DNA of 64,000 nucleotides, from the sequence record NC_004928.1; one strand, 5' to 3'. Below are positions 29,306 to 38,396 of the stretch, piece by piece. The stretch is from Escherichia phage RB69. A program made the position numbers and the translations under genes. How positions within the stretch are numbered: the stretch's first letter is position 1; each line of letters starts with the position of its first letter. The notes under the pieces are model-generated. The model had not been told where the DNA came from. It worked only from the letters and a program-made list of their open reading frames with translations, and ran no database searches.

Positions 29306-29323
29306 TTTGATTTCTCCTCTAGT

Positions 29324-29363
29324 TGACAGGTCTATAGTAACACAACTAGAGGAGAAGTAAACT
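29324..29363 (-). promoter_or_regulatory. early promoter cassette upstream of regB
   Basis: GTTTAC ... TATAGA/GACAGGTCTATAG element. Confidence 0.45.
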
Positions 29364-29583
29364 ACTTTATTGATAAAATGAGAGTTAAGGCCCAAGATTC
29401 TTTAGATACTATATTGGCGAAGTGCCTCATCTCTTCGATTTGGCGACGACGCTGGTCAGCATAGTCTTCTTCGCCTTCTTCCTTACAATCTTCAAGGTCT
29501 TCTTCAAGATACTTTAAGTATTCACTACAAATTTTGTTGACCTTTTCCTGGAAGTCCAACAACCCAGTAATAGTAGAAGCCAT
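29362..29583 (-). CDS. hypothetical protein
   Basis: 73-aa ORF. Confidence 0.4.
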   Translation of the reverse strand: MASTITGLLDFQEKVNKICSEYLKYLEEDLEDCKEEGEEDYADQRRRQIEEMRHFANIVSKESWALTLILSIK

Positions 29584-29849
29584 TAGTATTTTTCCTCAGG
29601 TCGAAATACTGCACGACATGCCCACATGCTGGCTTCTTTTAGATGTTGCTTAGCATACTTAAGAGCCTGCACTGCATCCATATCTTCTTTGGTTTGTTGC
29701 TCTGTTTCATTTTCTTTCAAGATATATGCTTCTTCAATCAGAGCATCAAACATCAATCCAAGACGGACTTCTGCATCTTTAATAGCGTTCACTTTACCGA
29801 TTTTATCATCGGTATGCGGCTTGTAGCCTTTGATGTCTTCAATCGACAT
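29583..29849 (-). CDS. hypothetical protein
   Basis: Track ORF 29583..30017 trimmed to MSIEDIKGY. Confidence 0.4.
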   Translation of the reverse strand: MSIEDIKGYKPHTDDKIGKVNAIKDAEVRLGLMFDALIEEAYILKENETEQQTKEDMDAVQALKYAKQHLKEASMWACRAVFRPEEKY

Positions 29850-30063
29850 AAGGAATTTCCTCATCGGTGGCAAGGTCATATTCGACCAATTGGATAGGCT
29901 CGTTAATACCATATCCACGTACAGTGATATCGGTTGTCGGATATTTTCCAGTAATATCACCCATTCTAAATGCTTCAGTGAATGATTGCTCGCCTGAGCA
30001 ACTAAACCAGGCGGCAAAACATTTTAAAACATCTTCAGACCCTTCTATAATCAATTTAGCCAT
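29839..30063 (-). CDS. hypothetical protein
   Basis: 74-aa acidic ORF. Confidence 0.4.
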   Translation of the reverse strand: MAKLIIEGSEDVLKCFAAWFSCSGEQSFTEAFRMGDITGKYPTTDITVRGYGINEPIQLVEYDLATDEEIPYVD

Positions 30064-30425
30064 TATAGACTCTCAGTAAAGGTACGAGCGATAACGTCGC
30101 GCTGCTGTTCCGGAGTCAGAGAGTTAAAGCGAACTGCATAACCGGATACACGGATGGTCAGCTGCGGATATTTTTCCGGATGCTTAACTGCATCTTCCAG
30201 AGTTTCGCGACGCAGAATGTTAACGTTCAGGTGTTGACCACCTTCAATTTTAACTTTAGGTTGATGTTCAATTTCAATTTCACGGGCATTCAAACCGTAG
30301 AAAATTTCCGGGTCTACAATAGAGTCTTCTTTAAAAGTCTTAGAGACAATAATCCGGGCTTGAGTACCGTCTTCAAAATAAATAGTGCCTTTATGTGCAC
30401 CTTCAAGAATTTGATATGCTTTCAT
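30063..30425 (-). CDS. grcA: GrcA/YfiD-like autonomous glycyl radical cofactor
   Basis: C-terminal about 60 aa ([60 protein letters not shown]) match enterobacterial GrcA as recalled; glycyl radical motif RVSGY. Confidence 0.8.
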   Translation of the reverse strand: MKAYQILEGAHKGTIYFEDGTQARIIVSKTFKEDSIVDPEIFYGLNAREIEIEHQPKVKIEGGQHLNVNILRRETLEDAVKHPEKYPQLTIRVSGYAVRFNSLTPEQQRDVIARTFTESL

Positions 30426-30431
30426 ATAACC

Positions 30432-30740
30432 TCAATTAGAAAATAAATTTATCCAAGTTTTTTCTTTAATCAAAAATGGGTCGGAATTAAACGCCATTAA
30501 ACTTTGAGTGATTAATCCCTTAAATGGCCCATCAATAAATTCCATTTTGAAATGCGGAATACTAGTCATCAACCGTGCATTAGGAGCAGTACAAAGAACC
30601 TGCTGCCCTGCGAACGGACCTTTAGTCAAACGGTATCGTTTAGGTTTAAAATGGTAAATCTCGTAATTTTCTACAAGAGCCCTTTTATTGCATACTGGGC
30701 TGTTATAACAATATTCAAAAACTTCAATAGTGGTCATCAT
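30432..30740 (-). CDS. hypothetical protein
   Basis: Track ORF 30432..30803 trimmed to internal ATG. Confidence 0.4.
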   Translation of the reverse strand: MMTTIEVFEYCYNSPVCNKRALVENYEIYHFKPKRYRLTKGPFAGQQVLCTAPNARLMTSIPHFKMEFIDGPFKGLITQSLMAFNSDPFLIKEKTWINLFSN

Positions 30741-31312
30741 TGCATTCCAATCACAAAAAATTGAGGACGAGCAATACCGCCGATGCAATATTTGCTTTTG
30801 CAACAGTGTTGGACTGTTTTAATATGTATGTCGTAAATCTTATCCATATCAGGAGCTTTAATAGGCTCGTCAATTATATACAGAATACGAGAAAGCGTTA
30901 ATCCACGGAATTTAGAACCTTCATTGCCAATAAAACTACGAACAGAATCAGTAAATAAACGGAATCGAATATCGTCGCTAGAATAACGAGAAAATTCTTT
31001 TTCAATGTTGCCAGCAGAAATTTTAGCATAAGCTGAAGTATTAGAAAGAACAATAACTGTTCCACCATCATACAGCCAATTAGCAGCAAAGTTAGTCACA
31101 GCAATTGATTTACCTGATTGTCGGCCGCCGTCTAAACGAAGTGTACAGTACTGCTTGAGTACGTCTTCAAATGGTGGGACATAACCGTTCTTACAAATTT
31201 CTTCTACTCTAGCATCAGAATGGTGTGTAAAAGCATTCATCAGGGATAGATAAGGTCCAGTTAAAAATGTTCTCATATTATTTCTCTTAAGGTTTTGGCC
31301 ATTCCGTGGCAC
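30737..31312 (-). CDS. small P-loop NTPase-like protein
   Basis: Walker A-like GGRQSGKS and Walker B-like ILYIIDEP. Confidence 0.4.
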   Translation of the reverse strand: MPRNGQNLKRNNMRTFLTGPYLSLMNAFTHHSDARVEEICKNGYVPPFEDVLKQYCTLRLDGGRQSGKSIAVTNFAANWLYDGGTVIVLSNTSAYAKISAGNIEKEFSRYSSDDIRFRLFTDSVRSFIGNEGSKFRGLTLSRILYIIDEPIKAPDMDKIYDIHIKTVQHCCKSKYCIGGIARPQFFVIGMQ

Positions 31313-31448
31313 ATGTTAGGTCCTTAGACTCGCTATGTAAACCCATTACCGCATTGCGCTCGACCTTATTACAGGTTGGAAAAGGTACATCACTCAGAGG
31401 ACTCGACGTTCATAAGGAGAGGTTGCGTTTCCCTTTATTAGGCAAGAA

Positions 31449-31778
31449 TTATACTCTAGGCTTTTGAGCTTGTTTGGTATTGGATTCCCATGCGGCTTTG
31501 GTAATTTTGTTAGCGGCATAACCAAAGGCATTAGATAGAACACCTTTAGAGTTGAATACATCCAATCCAATAAGTACACCGGCTGTGTTAAATTTAGGAG
31601 CAAAGTACGCATTAGTTTTAGAAAGAGCTTTTTTCAATTCAGGGTCTTGAACCAAGCCATCAAAAACGCCTTTACTATTTACTTTGTATGTTACTTTGGG
31701 ATTTTTACCTTCTTCGATAGCAGCTTTCTGTTCCGCAGATAATGTAACTGCAGCGATAAACTCCTGATATGTTTTCAT
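31449..31778 (-). CDS. internal-protein-like protein with capsid targeting sequence
   Basis: N-terminus MKTYQEFIAA matches the T4 internal protein leader (MKTYQEFIAE). Confidence 0.6.
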   Translation of the reverse strand: MKTYQEFIAAVTLSAEQKAAIEEGKNPKVTYKVNSKGVFDGLVQDPELKKALSKTNAYFAPKFNTAGVLIGLDVFNSKGVLSNAFGYAANKITKAAWESNTKQAQKPRV

Positions 31779-31846
31779 TTTGTTCCTATTGTTTTAATTT
31801 ATGTTATTCTTTAGGGAAGTTTTTAGAGTATGCATCATAAAGTTTA

Positions 31847-32119
31847 TTACCAATACGACGGAAGACTTTCAGCTGCAAAACGGTTTTCAGGGTTTTTAAT
31901 CATGATTTGCATCATGTAAGTTCCTGCATCCGAAAGAGCTTCTTCATAGTACCCATTAATTTCTTTAAGAGTCCTACGTTTACCGCCAGGACCGTCAACA
32001 GTAATTCTCCATTTACCTGTAGAAGTGCGGCTCGGTGGCTCAACTTGTTCAATCCAAATATAACCACCTTCAACGCGTTGGTTGGCGGATTCTGCAATAA
32101 ATTCTTTATACGTTTTCAT
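31847..32119 (-). CDS. internal-protein-like protein with capsid targeting sequence
   Basis: N-terminus MKTYKEFIAE. Confidence 0.6.
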   Translation of the reverse strand: MKTYKEFIAESANQRVEGGYIWIEQVEPPSRTSTGKWRITVDGPGGKRRTLKEINGYYEEALSDAGTYMMQIMIKNPENRFAAESLPSYW

Positions 32120-32138
32120 TTTTGTTTCCTTGTTTGTT

Positions 32139-32179
32139 TTGATAGAGTAATTATACCATATTAATACTTAAGCGTAAAC
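32139..32179 (-). promoter_or_regulatory. early promoter cassette (degenerate copy)
   Basis: GTTTAC ... TATAAT with GATAGAG core. Confidence 0.4.
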
Positions 32180-32182
32180 CGT

Positions 32183-32443
32183 TTAAGCTTGACCGCCAGA
32201 AATAATTCCGAAGTTGTTAAAATCGTATCCAATATCGTCAACATCTACTTTAGGACTTACTACAACATAAGCAATTTCACTACGTTTTGCATAGGTGTTG
32301 ATTTCTTTACCATCGCCACCTAAGAAAGAATACCCATTACGTTTTAATGAGCCAAAATCTTCCGCATCACCAATGAAAGCTTTAACTTTAAATTTAGGGT
32401 CTTTGGCATCTGCTTCAATGATAAATTCTTGATACATTTTCAT
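32183..32443 (-). CDS. internal-protein-like protein with capsid targeting sequence
   Basis: N-terminus MKMYQEFIIE. Confidence 0.55.
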   Translation of the reverse strand: MKMYQEFIIEADAKDPKFKVKAFIGDAEDFGSLKRNGYSFLGGDGKEINTYAKRSEIAYVVVSPKVDVDDIGYDFNNFGIISGGQA

Positions 32444-32449
32444 TTTTCC

Positions 32450-32863
32450 TTAGTAAATTGATTTACCATAGTATTTGTACCAAGTCGGACGTTGAGCAAT
32501 TTTTTCATCTAAGCGTGCTTGACTTATCGCAATGGACGCTTCGGACGGGACATAATTATTACGAAATTCGGCAGGGATGTCGGAAATATCCTGGACAGTC
32601 GTGTCCTTGATTTTGAAACCACGTTTCAAGCATTCAGCGATTAGTTCGATTTGACGTAAACGTAAAAATTCGAGTTTGTCGTAAAAGAATGTTACGTGAC
32701 CTGTGCCTAAGATAAATGTTGGAGAGATTTTAAAATCCTTTACACGTTTACCGTTTTGAACATGTTTACGGACTGCACCAAATACGCGTGGTAATTCACG
32801 ATACTCAGCCATAAGATGTTGGTCGGTCAGTTCAGAAACAAGTGTTAAATTGATACGAGTCAT
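32450..32863 (-). CDS. denV: endonuclease V (pyrimidine dimer DNA glycosylase) DenV
   Basis: [35 protein letters not shown] near-identical to T4 DenV; start trimmed. Confidence 0.9.
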   Translation of the reverse strand: MTRINLTLVSELTDQHLMAEYRELPRVFGAVRKHVQNGKRVKDFKISPTFILGTGHVTFFYDKLEFLRLRQIELIAECLKRGFKIKDTTVQDISDIPAEFRNNYVPSEASIAISQARLDEKIAQRPTWYKYYGKSIY

Positions 32864-32921
32864 AATTTCCTCCAAGTAGTTGATGAATGTATAGTATCAA
32901 AGTCCTTGGAGGAAGTAAACA

Positions 32922-33218
32922 CTATTTTTCTGAAGCGCCTGAAATATATTTTTCAAGACGTTGTTTCATTAGCGAGCCGTTCTTAGCGATTTCTTCCGGT
33001 TTATCGCACATACGCAACAAGGCTTCAAGCTTAACGATATCACTGGTGCGCTCAAATTTGCGAGTATCTATCTTGCTAGCAAGTTCAGAAATACGTGCTA
33101 ATAGACTTTCAGCTTCAACCAAAGCTGCACCTAGCTTCGTGGCAAATGTGTCAGTAGCTTCGTTAAGAGATAGATTCTGATAAAAATTCATGTATGTTTT
33201 CATATATACGCTTTCCAA
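32922..33218 (-). CDS. hypothetical protein
   Basis: 98-aa ORF between e and denV. Confidence 0.4.
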   Translation of the reverse strand: MESVYMKTYMNFYQNLSLNEATDTFATKLGAALVEAESLLARISELASKIDTRKFERTSDIVKLEALLRMCDKPEEIAKNGSLMKQRLEKYISGASEK

Positions 33219-33688
33219 GTTCCTGTTTTAAATGTTGAGATTACGCGTTTCGCGCGATTAGGTGTCTGACGATACCATTTAGATTGGGCTAGATTTACTG
33301 CCGCTTCGTCCCAACGTTTCTGTTGAAGCATACGAAGAGAATTAGTAAAACCGGCGACGCCTGATACACCCATTTGGAAGACCATATTGACCAATGCACA
33401 CCGACGAACTGCATCTAAAGAATCATATACCGGTTTAAGTTTAGCATTACCCAAGATTCCGCGAACGGCTTTATCAACGTCTTCATTAAATAGCTTTTCA
33501 GCCTCATCAAGGGTAATTGTACCGTTGCATTTACGGCCGATCATTCTGTCAAGTTCAGCTTTAGCTACGGCTAAAGACGGGTTCTTTGTTACTAAATGGC
33601 CTATGCCAATCGTCCAAAAGCCTTCAGTGTCTTTGTATAAAGTCAGTCTAAGACCTTCGTCATTACGAAGCATTTCAAATATATTCAT
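33200..33688 (-). CDS. e: lysozyme (endolysin) gp e
   Basis: [32 protein letters not shown] near-identical to T4 lysozyme; start trimmed. Confidence 0.9.
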   Translation of the reverse strand: MNIFEMLRNDEGLRLTLYKDTEGFWTIGIGHLVTKNPSLAVAKAELDRMIGRKCNGTITLDEAEKLFNEDVDKAVRGILGNAKLKPVYDSLDAVRRCALVNMVFQMGVSGVAGFTNSLRMLQQKRWDEAAVNLAQSKWYRQTPNRAKRVISTFKTGTWKAYI

Positions 33689-33722
33689 AATACCTCCCAC
33701 GTTTATAGGAGGTATTTATTAC

Positions 33723-34181
33723 TTATAGGAGGGTAGTGAGCACCTTATATAATGATTTGCCCATTACATATTCCCATTGAGAAGGTTTAATTAAAGCGAA
33801 TGCATCAAATTCAGGAATCTGTCGTCCGTCTGGGAATGTATGATAGGAATTACAAACACTGTTTCTGAATTGCTCGTGCTCTACAGGGATGGTATATAGG
33901 AACAGATGAATATTCTTATTGTCTGAGTAATGATGTTCACCTAGGTCTTTCAGGAAGGCAGGGTCATATTGTGTAAACCCAGTTTCTTCTTCGCATTCAC
34001 GAATAGCGGCTTCAATAGGAGATTCGCCAGGTTCGACACGGCCTTTAGGAATATCCCACCGATGAGCTAATGCACCTTTAGGACGAGAACCAGTTACACG
34101 CCCCATGAATAATTCTTTATCTTCGGTAAGGAAAATAATACCGGCTGATAGTTCTTTCACTTTATTTTTCTTACTCATCAT
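33723..34181 (-). CDS. nudE: Nudix hydrolase NudE
   Basis: Nudix box GRVEPGESPIEAAIRECEEETG; position after e as in T4. Confidence 0.8.
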   Translation of the reverse strand: MMSKKNKVKELSAGIIFLTEDKELFMGRVTGSRPKGALAHRWDIPKGRVEPGESPIEAAIRECEEETGFTQYDPAFLKDLGEHHYSDNKNIHLFLYTIPVEHEQFRNSVCNSYHTFPDGRQIPEFDAFALIKPSQWEYVMGKSLYKVLTTLL

Positions 34182-34422
34182 CTCGGTCCCATGATTTGGC
34201 CATTAATTCGGACATAAATTCTTCAATGCGCGTTTCTTTAGATGGACTTTCACTATTAGAGACCGCAAGTTTGTAATCTGCAATAGGACGGAACAAATCA
34301 AGGTCCATATCAAGGTCGTCTTTGATTTGTTCTTCAGGTACATCTGTATCATACGTATACAGATAACTATCAAGTGATTCTGATTTAACGTAAATTGCTA
34401 TACTCATCTCAAATTCCTGCAT
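34171..34422 (-). CDS. hypothetical protein
   Basis: 83-aa acidic ORF. Confidence 0.4.
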   Translation of the reverse strand: MQEFEMSIAIYVKSESLDSYLYTYDTDVPEEQIKDDLDMDLDLFRPIADYKLAVSNSESPSKETRIEEFMSELMAKSWDRDDE

Positions 34423-34901
34423 TCGGTAATAAAACGTTCAACTTCATTATTCTTGGCCTTTATCTTGTCTTTACGTTCCTGTAAACTACTTTTAACAAGA
34501 TTAATAATGATGCCTACAGTACCTCCACCAATAATACCACCAATAATACTTACAATAGTAGATGCTAATAAGATAGCGATAATATCTGGTACAGCAAAGG
34601 CACTTACTTTAGTACTAAAAAACCATACCGACGGTACAAATATAATCCATCCTGTTATCCATTGGCACTTATTGAAAAACTTTTCAAGCTCAGCTTGGGT
34701 TGTTCGTATTACTTCATCGATAGGTTGATATCCATTAATGTATCTGTTCACGATAATACCTGCTGGTTTGTCGATTTTAAATGCTTGACAATGGTGTTTC
34801 ACTAAGTAGGATGGACATCCTGTCCAATCTACTGAATAGTATGAAATACCTTCGTCGCCACCGTCCATGTTTGACCAGTGAATTTTCTGTATCATTACCA
34901 A
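34404..34901 (-). CDS. membrane protein with conserved C-terminal ERFITECR tail
   Basis: 165 aa; C-terminal hydrophobic helices; shares the C-terminal tail family (see findings). Confidence 0.5.
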   Translation of the reverse strand: MVMIQKIHWSNMDGGDEGISYYSVDWTGCPSYLVKHHCQAFKIDKPAGIIVNRYINGYQPIDEVIRTTQAELEKFFNKCQWITGWIIFVPSVWFFSTKVSAFAVPDIIAILLASTIVSIIGGIIGGGTVGIIINLVKSSLQERKDKIKAKNNEVERFITECRNLR

Positions 34902-35581
34902 CCTTCCATAGGGAATTCCAGATAAACTTGAGCGTTGACACGAATTTCATTGGTAATCTTTTTAACTCGGTCCGTATTACGAGATACACGTCCGAACCAA
35001 CGCCATCCATTACTAATTGCACGAGAACCAGTGTGCCATGTTTGCCAATCAAACTGAAGAAGAGTACGGTCTGGAGCTTCCCATTTCTCTAGTTCGCCTT
35101 TTTCGATTTTTTCGAGGACTTCTTTGTGCCACTGGCGATAGATAAGTTCGCCATCAGGAATCTGACTGAACTCTGCAGTTCCTGTTGCAAAATGAGTAGG
35201 ACACACATCAGCGTTAACAAGACCAAGAATATGTTCAGACAAATAGCGAGGATTGTCATAGTCAGGTGGTCCTGCAGTAATAAAGTGTTGACCAACCGGA
35301 ATATCTGGGCGTGGTACATCGTCATGGTGATAACCTGGGATAGCAGGATACCAACCAGGCATCAGCATGTGGACTCGTGAATCAAATACTACATCCGAGT
35401 CTTTCCAATCGTCAGGGAGATTTTGGATAAAGCTACGAGTAATTGGACCGCCGTTATCAAAAGCAAAATTCAAATCGCAATTAAAGAACATAGGCTCGTT
35501 TTTAATCTGGTCGTTTTTAATCGCATGAGCAAAACCACCTACTGCACGAGCTTGACTATTAAACACTTTAGAACTATTCAT
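34895..35581 (-). CDS. hypothetical protein, possible 2OG-Fe(II) oxygenase-like fold
   Basis: candidate HxD (YHHDD), distal His (WHTG) and RxS (RVS) arrangement; weak. Confidence 0.35.
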   Translation of the reverse strand: MNSSKVFNSQARAVGGFAHAIKNDQIKNEPMFFNCDLNFAFDNGGPITRSFIQNLPDDWKDSDVVFDSRVHMLMPGWYPAIPGYHHDDVPRPDIPVGQHFITAGPPDYDNPRYLSEHILGLVNADVCPTHFATGTAEFSQIPDGELIYRQWHKEVLEKIEKGELEKWEAPDRTLLQFDWQTWHTGSRAISNGWRWFGRVSRNTDRVKKITNEIRVNAQVYLEFPMEGW

Positions 35582-35582
35582 A

Positions 35583-35888
35583 TTATTTTCCTCGACATTC
35601 TTTAATGAAATTTTCTAGATTGGTAGATTCAATAGCTTTTTTACGAGCTTCTGCGTGTTCTTCTTCAGACAATTTACGTTTATAATTGACCCAGACATTA
35701 TGGTCGAAACTAGTCGTGGCATATAATAACAATGCTCCAACGAATAGCAAAAACGGCGATAAGAATACAAAACCAGGAACACCATCCATATCGTAAGCCT
35801 TTTGTAATACTGCAACAGAAAGGGCTGCGTAAAAAAGTGATGCAAATATTGTTAAAAGACCAATTCGGTTGGTTTCGCCTAATTTCAT
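35583..35888 (-). CDS. small membrane protein with C-terminal ENFIKECR tail
   Basis: 101 aa, two hydrophobic helices. Confidence 0.5.
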   Translation of the reverse strand: MKLGETNRIGLLTIFASLFYAALSVAVLQKAYDMDGVPGFVFLSPFLLFVGALLLYATTSFDHNVWVNYKRKLSEEEHAEARKKAIESTNLENFIKECRGK

Positions 35889-35907
35889 AATATTCTCCTC
35901 ATGTTTA

Positions 35908-35946
35908 ATAGGACTACTATAATATAGTCCTATAATTGTGTAAACA
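35908..35946 (-). promoter_or_regulatory. early promoter cassette, canonical copy (TAGGACTA/TAGTCCTA)
   Basis: GTTTACA -35, -10 within 8-bp inverted repeat. Confidence 0.5.
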
Positions 35947-35957
35947 GTTTTGCGAAA

Positions 35958-36914
35958 TTATTTGAAAGGTTTTACCATATGGAAATTTTGTTTGAAACGT
36001 TTGACGTAATCGTCATGTCCTAAACTTTGGTACATACTTACTACTTTGCTGTAGTTTTCCCAGGCATACTCACGGAACCAACCAGAGGTGATGCTTGTAC
36101 AGACTTTTTCCAATGCCATCATAAAACTGGCTTCAGGGTTAATTTTAAAGTCATTAGGAATTTGAGAACGTTCTAATGCTAGTACACATGATTCTTCGTA
36201 TACACCAGCCAATTTGACCATTTCTGGTAATGATTCGAACTTCTCGCGTGAGGTCATGACTTCAGAGCCGTCTTTCATATAAAATGTATACGCTGGACGG
36301 TCTGTTAGTGCAATGGCTTCATGAATAGTATCATGGTCATATGTATAGATGTCATCTTTAAAGAACGCACTTTTAGAAGTGTCAAGAACCGGGTGAGCAT
36401 AGTTCAAGGTTTCTTTCTGGCGTTTCAGCATAATTTCAGTAAGTTCATCGTTCAGTGTAACACCTTTACCACGAAGATACTGAATATGGTTCATAGTCTT
36501 TAAAAAGAATGGATTATTTTTCTTGAAACGATGAGACATCTTAATTGCAAGACATATCTCAGGAGTTGCCCAGTAAAACCCGTTCAAACGGTCTTTAGTC
36601 AAATTTTTCTTGGCGTATTTTAAAAGGTCATAAGAAGACGTGAAATCTTCAGGAGTGAGTTCACCGATTAATTCACGGACATTAGTGATTGCCGGAACAA
36701 TATATGCTTCAAAATGAGTTTCGCGTCCATTATGGAAGCATTTGAAAACTTGGACATCAGGGTTATCTTGGTGAACATATACACCCATCATTTGATTTTT
36801 GAATGCATTCCAAGAACATTGGTCCGCAATAAAGTCCCAATCGCTATTTTTGATAGCGCTAGAATCAATAAGACCGTGATAGTGAAGTGCACGAGAACCA
36901 ATAACCAACATCAT
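35958..36914 (-). CDS. hypothetical protein (318 aa); weak nucleotidyltransferase-like or HD-like motifs
   Basis: N-terminal GSRALHYHG...SDWDF and later DHD; assignment tentative. Confidence 0.45.
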   Translation of the reverse strand: MMLVIGSRALHYHGLIDSSAIKNSDWDFIADQCSWNAFKNQMMGVYVHQDNPDVQVFKCFHNGRETHFEAYIVPAITNVRELIGELTPEDFTSSYDLLKYAKKNLTKDRLNGFYWATPEICLAIKMSHRFKKNNPFFLKTMNHIQYLRGKGVTLNDELTEIMLKRQKETLNYAHPVLDTSKSAFFKDDIYTYDHDTIHEAIALTDRPAYTFYMKDGSEVMTSREKFESLPEMVKLAGVYEESCVLALERSQIPNDFKINPEASFMMALEKVCTSITSGWFREYAWENYSKVVSMYQSLGHDDYVKRFKQNFHMVKPFK

Positions 36915-36942
36915 AATATTTTCCTCTGATTAATTCATTAAC

Positions 36943-37194
36943 TTAAATTTCACGACATGCGATATCATATTCATCCCAGAGGTCATCGTGTGAAGCCTCT
37001 ACCAATGGAACGATTGTGCCGTTTATGTCTTCATTATAAGGGCAAATTGTACAGTGCGCATCTTCGAATCGGATGCCTTTGTGTTCAGATTTTTTATAAC
37101 GCATATCGAATATCTTTGCAAACTTTTCACGAGTAATGGTTTTAGCAACCACTTTGGTTCCGATACTTTCGTAATAAATCATTGTGGACTCCAT
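36943..37194 (-). CDS. hypothetical protein
   Basis: 83-aa ORF with CxxC..H motif. Confidence 0.45.
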   Translation of the reverse strand: MESTMIYYESIGTKVVAKTITREKFAKIFDMRYKKSEHKGIRFEDAHCTICPYNEDINGTIVPLVEASHDDLWDEYDIACREI

Positions 37195-37200
37195 TTAATT

Positions 37201-37240
37201 TGATAGGACTACTATAACATAGCCCTATCTTGTTGTAAAC
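37201..37240 (-). promoter_or_regulatory. early promoter cassette (canonical family)
   Basis: GTTTACA..TAGGGCTATGTTATAGTAGTCCTATCA. Confidence 0.5.
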
Positions 37241-37244
37241 TGTT

Positions 37245-37442
37245 TTAGCAAGAATAACTAGATGATACCCAGCCTTGAACAGTAATACTATTATTTGATA
37301 ACGAGATTGCGTCCTGGAGATTCAGACCTGCGTTATCTTCAATCCATAATGTAACTTCTTCGCGTTCTTCTGTTGCAATTTGGAACAGGTTTTCCAGAGC
37401 AGCTACTGCCGTACGTACAGCACAATCTAATTCGCGAGACAT
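37245..37442 (-). CDS. small protein, member of a tandem mosaic trio
   Basis: 65 aa; C-terminus GWVSSSYSC shared with 37452..37724. Confidence 0.45.
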   Translation of the reverse strand: MSRELDCAVRTAVAALENLFQIATEEREEVTLWIEDNAGLNLQDAISLSNNSITVQGWVSSSYSC

Positions 37443-37451
37443 ATTGTTTCC

Positions 37452-37724
37452 TTAGCAAGTGTGAGAAGATGCGACCCAACCACCAGTTTCGAGGCTCAGG
37501 TTGTAGTCGTATTGGTAAACGTCAGCCCATTCAGCATAGCCGTTTTTTGTACAACGTTCAAGATCGGCTTTAAGATGTCCGGGTGAATGATAGGTTCCAC
37601 CCATACCATAAGCTGGGTACAAGTCGAATGTTGTGTTTTGTTTATCAGCAATTTCTTTGGCAGCCTCAATAGCTGCATAGATTTTTGCTACAGCTTCAGT
37701 CAGTTCGGTTTGTTCTTTAGACAT
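37452..37724 (-). CDS. small protein, member of a tandem mosaic trio
   Basis: 90 aa; YGMGGTYHSPG motif shared with 37825..38040 and GWVASSHTC tail shared with 37245..37442. Confidence 0.45.
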   Translation of the reverse strand: MSKEQTELTEAVAKIYAAIEAAKEIADKQNTTFDLYPAYGMGGTYHSPGHLKADLERCTKNGYAEWADVYQYDYNLSLETGGWVASSHTC

Positions 37725-37824
37725 AATGATTCCTTAGCACAACGCAGGAGACGAAACCCAAGCACCTTCAGTAATAACGTAACCATTACCTTCACGCTTA
37801 ACATCGCCACCATTATTTTCAATT

Positions 37825-38040
37825 TCATTTTTCATACCACTGGGATACGATTTCACCCTTAGGATAATAAGTACGACCGCTACCATAATCACCTACAGAA
37901 AATGATACGGCATATTGGTCTGCGATCTTTGTTGCTTCTTCTTCGATACGTTCAGCTTGATTCAGAAGTTTATAAATTGCATCTGAAGCGGATTTGGCAT
38001 CATTAAATTCTGGTACTTTAATTTCGATAATCTTACTCAT
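37825..38040 (-). CDS. small protein, member of a tandem mosaic trio
   Basis: 71 aa; YGSGRTYYPKG motif. Confidence 0.45.
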   Translation of the reverse strand: MSKIIEIKVPEFNDAKSASDAIYKLLNQAERIEEEATKIADQYAVSFSVGDYGSGRTYYPKGEIVSQWYEK

Positions 38041-38396
38041 TTTCTACATTCCTTAATAAAGTTTTCTATTGTTTCATTTTCACGTTTAGCTAGGAGTTCA
38101 TTATAACTAATCATTTGAGAAGCGTAAACCTTTTTATTTTTCTTGTTATGGTTTATAAAATCGTAGTAAAAATAGACTACAGTACAAAATGATGCGATGG
38201 ATGCAAAGGCTTGGGTATACCGTAAGTCCTGCCATTGGTCTGTGAATCCGCCAGTGTTTCCTATAAATCCTAACACAACGCCGTCAATAAGAAATCCAAC
38301 TAATCCAAAGGCAAATCCCATGCCAATACTCATAATAAAAATTAGAATGTTCTCACCAAGAGAAGGCCATACGGTTAAGAGTTGAGGCTTTTGCAT
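38037..38396 (-). CDS. membrane protein with C-terminal ENFIKECRK tail
   Basis: 119 aa, glycine-rich TM helices. Confidence 0.5.
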   Translation of the reverse strand: MQKPQLLTVWPSLGENILIFIMSIGMGFAFGLVGFLIDGVVLGFIGNTGGFTDQWQDLRYTQAFASIASFCTVVYFYYDFINHNKKNKKVYASQMISYNELLAKRENETIENFIKECRK

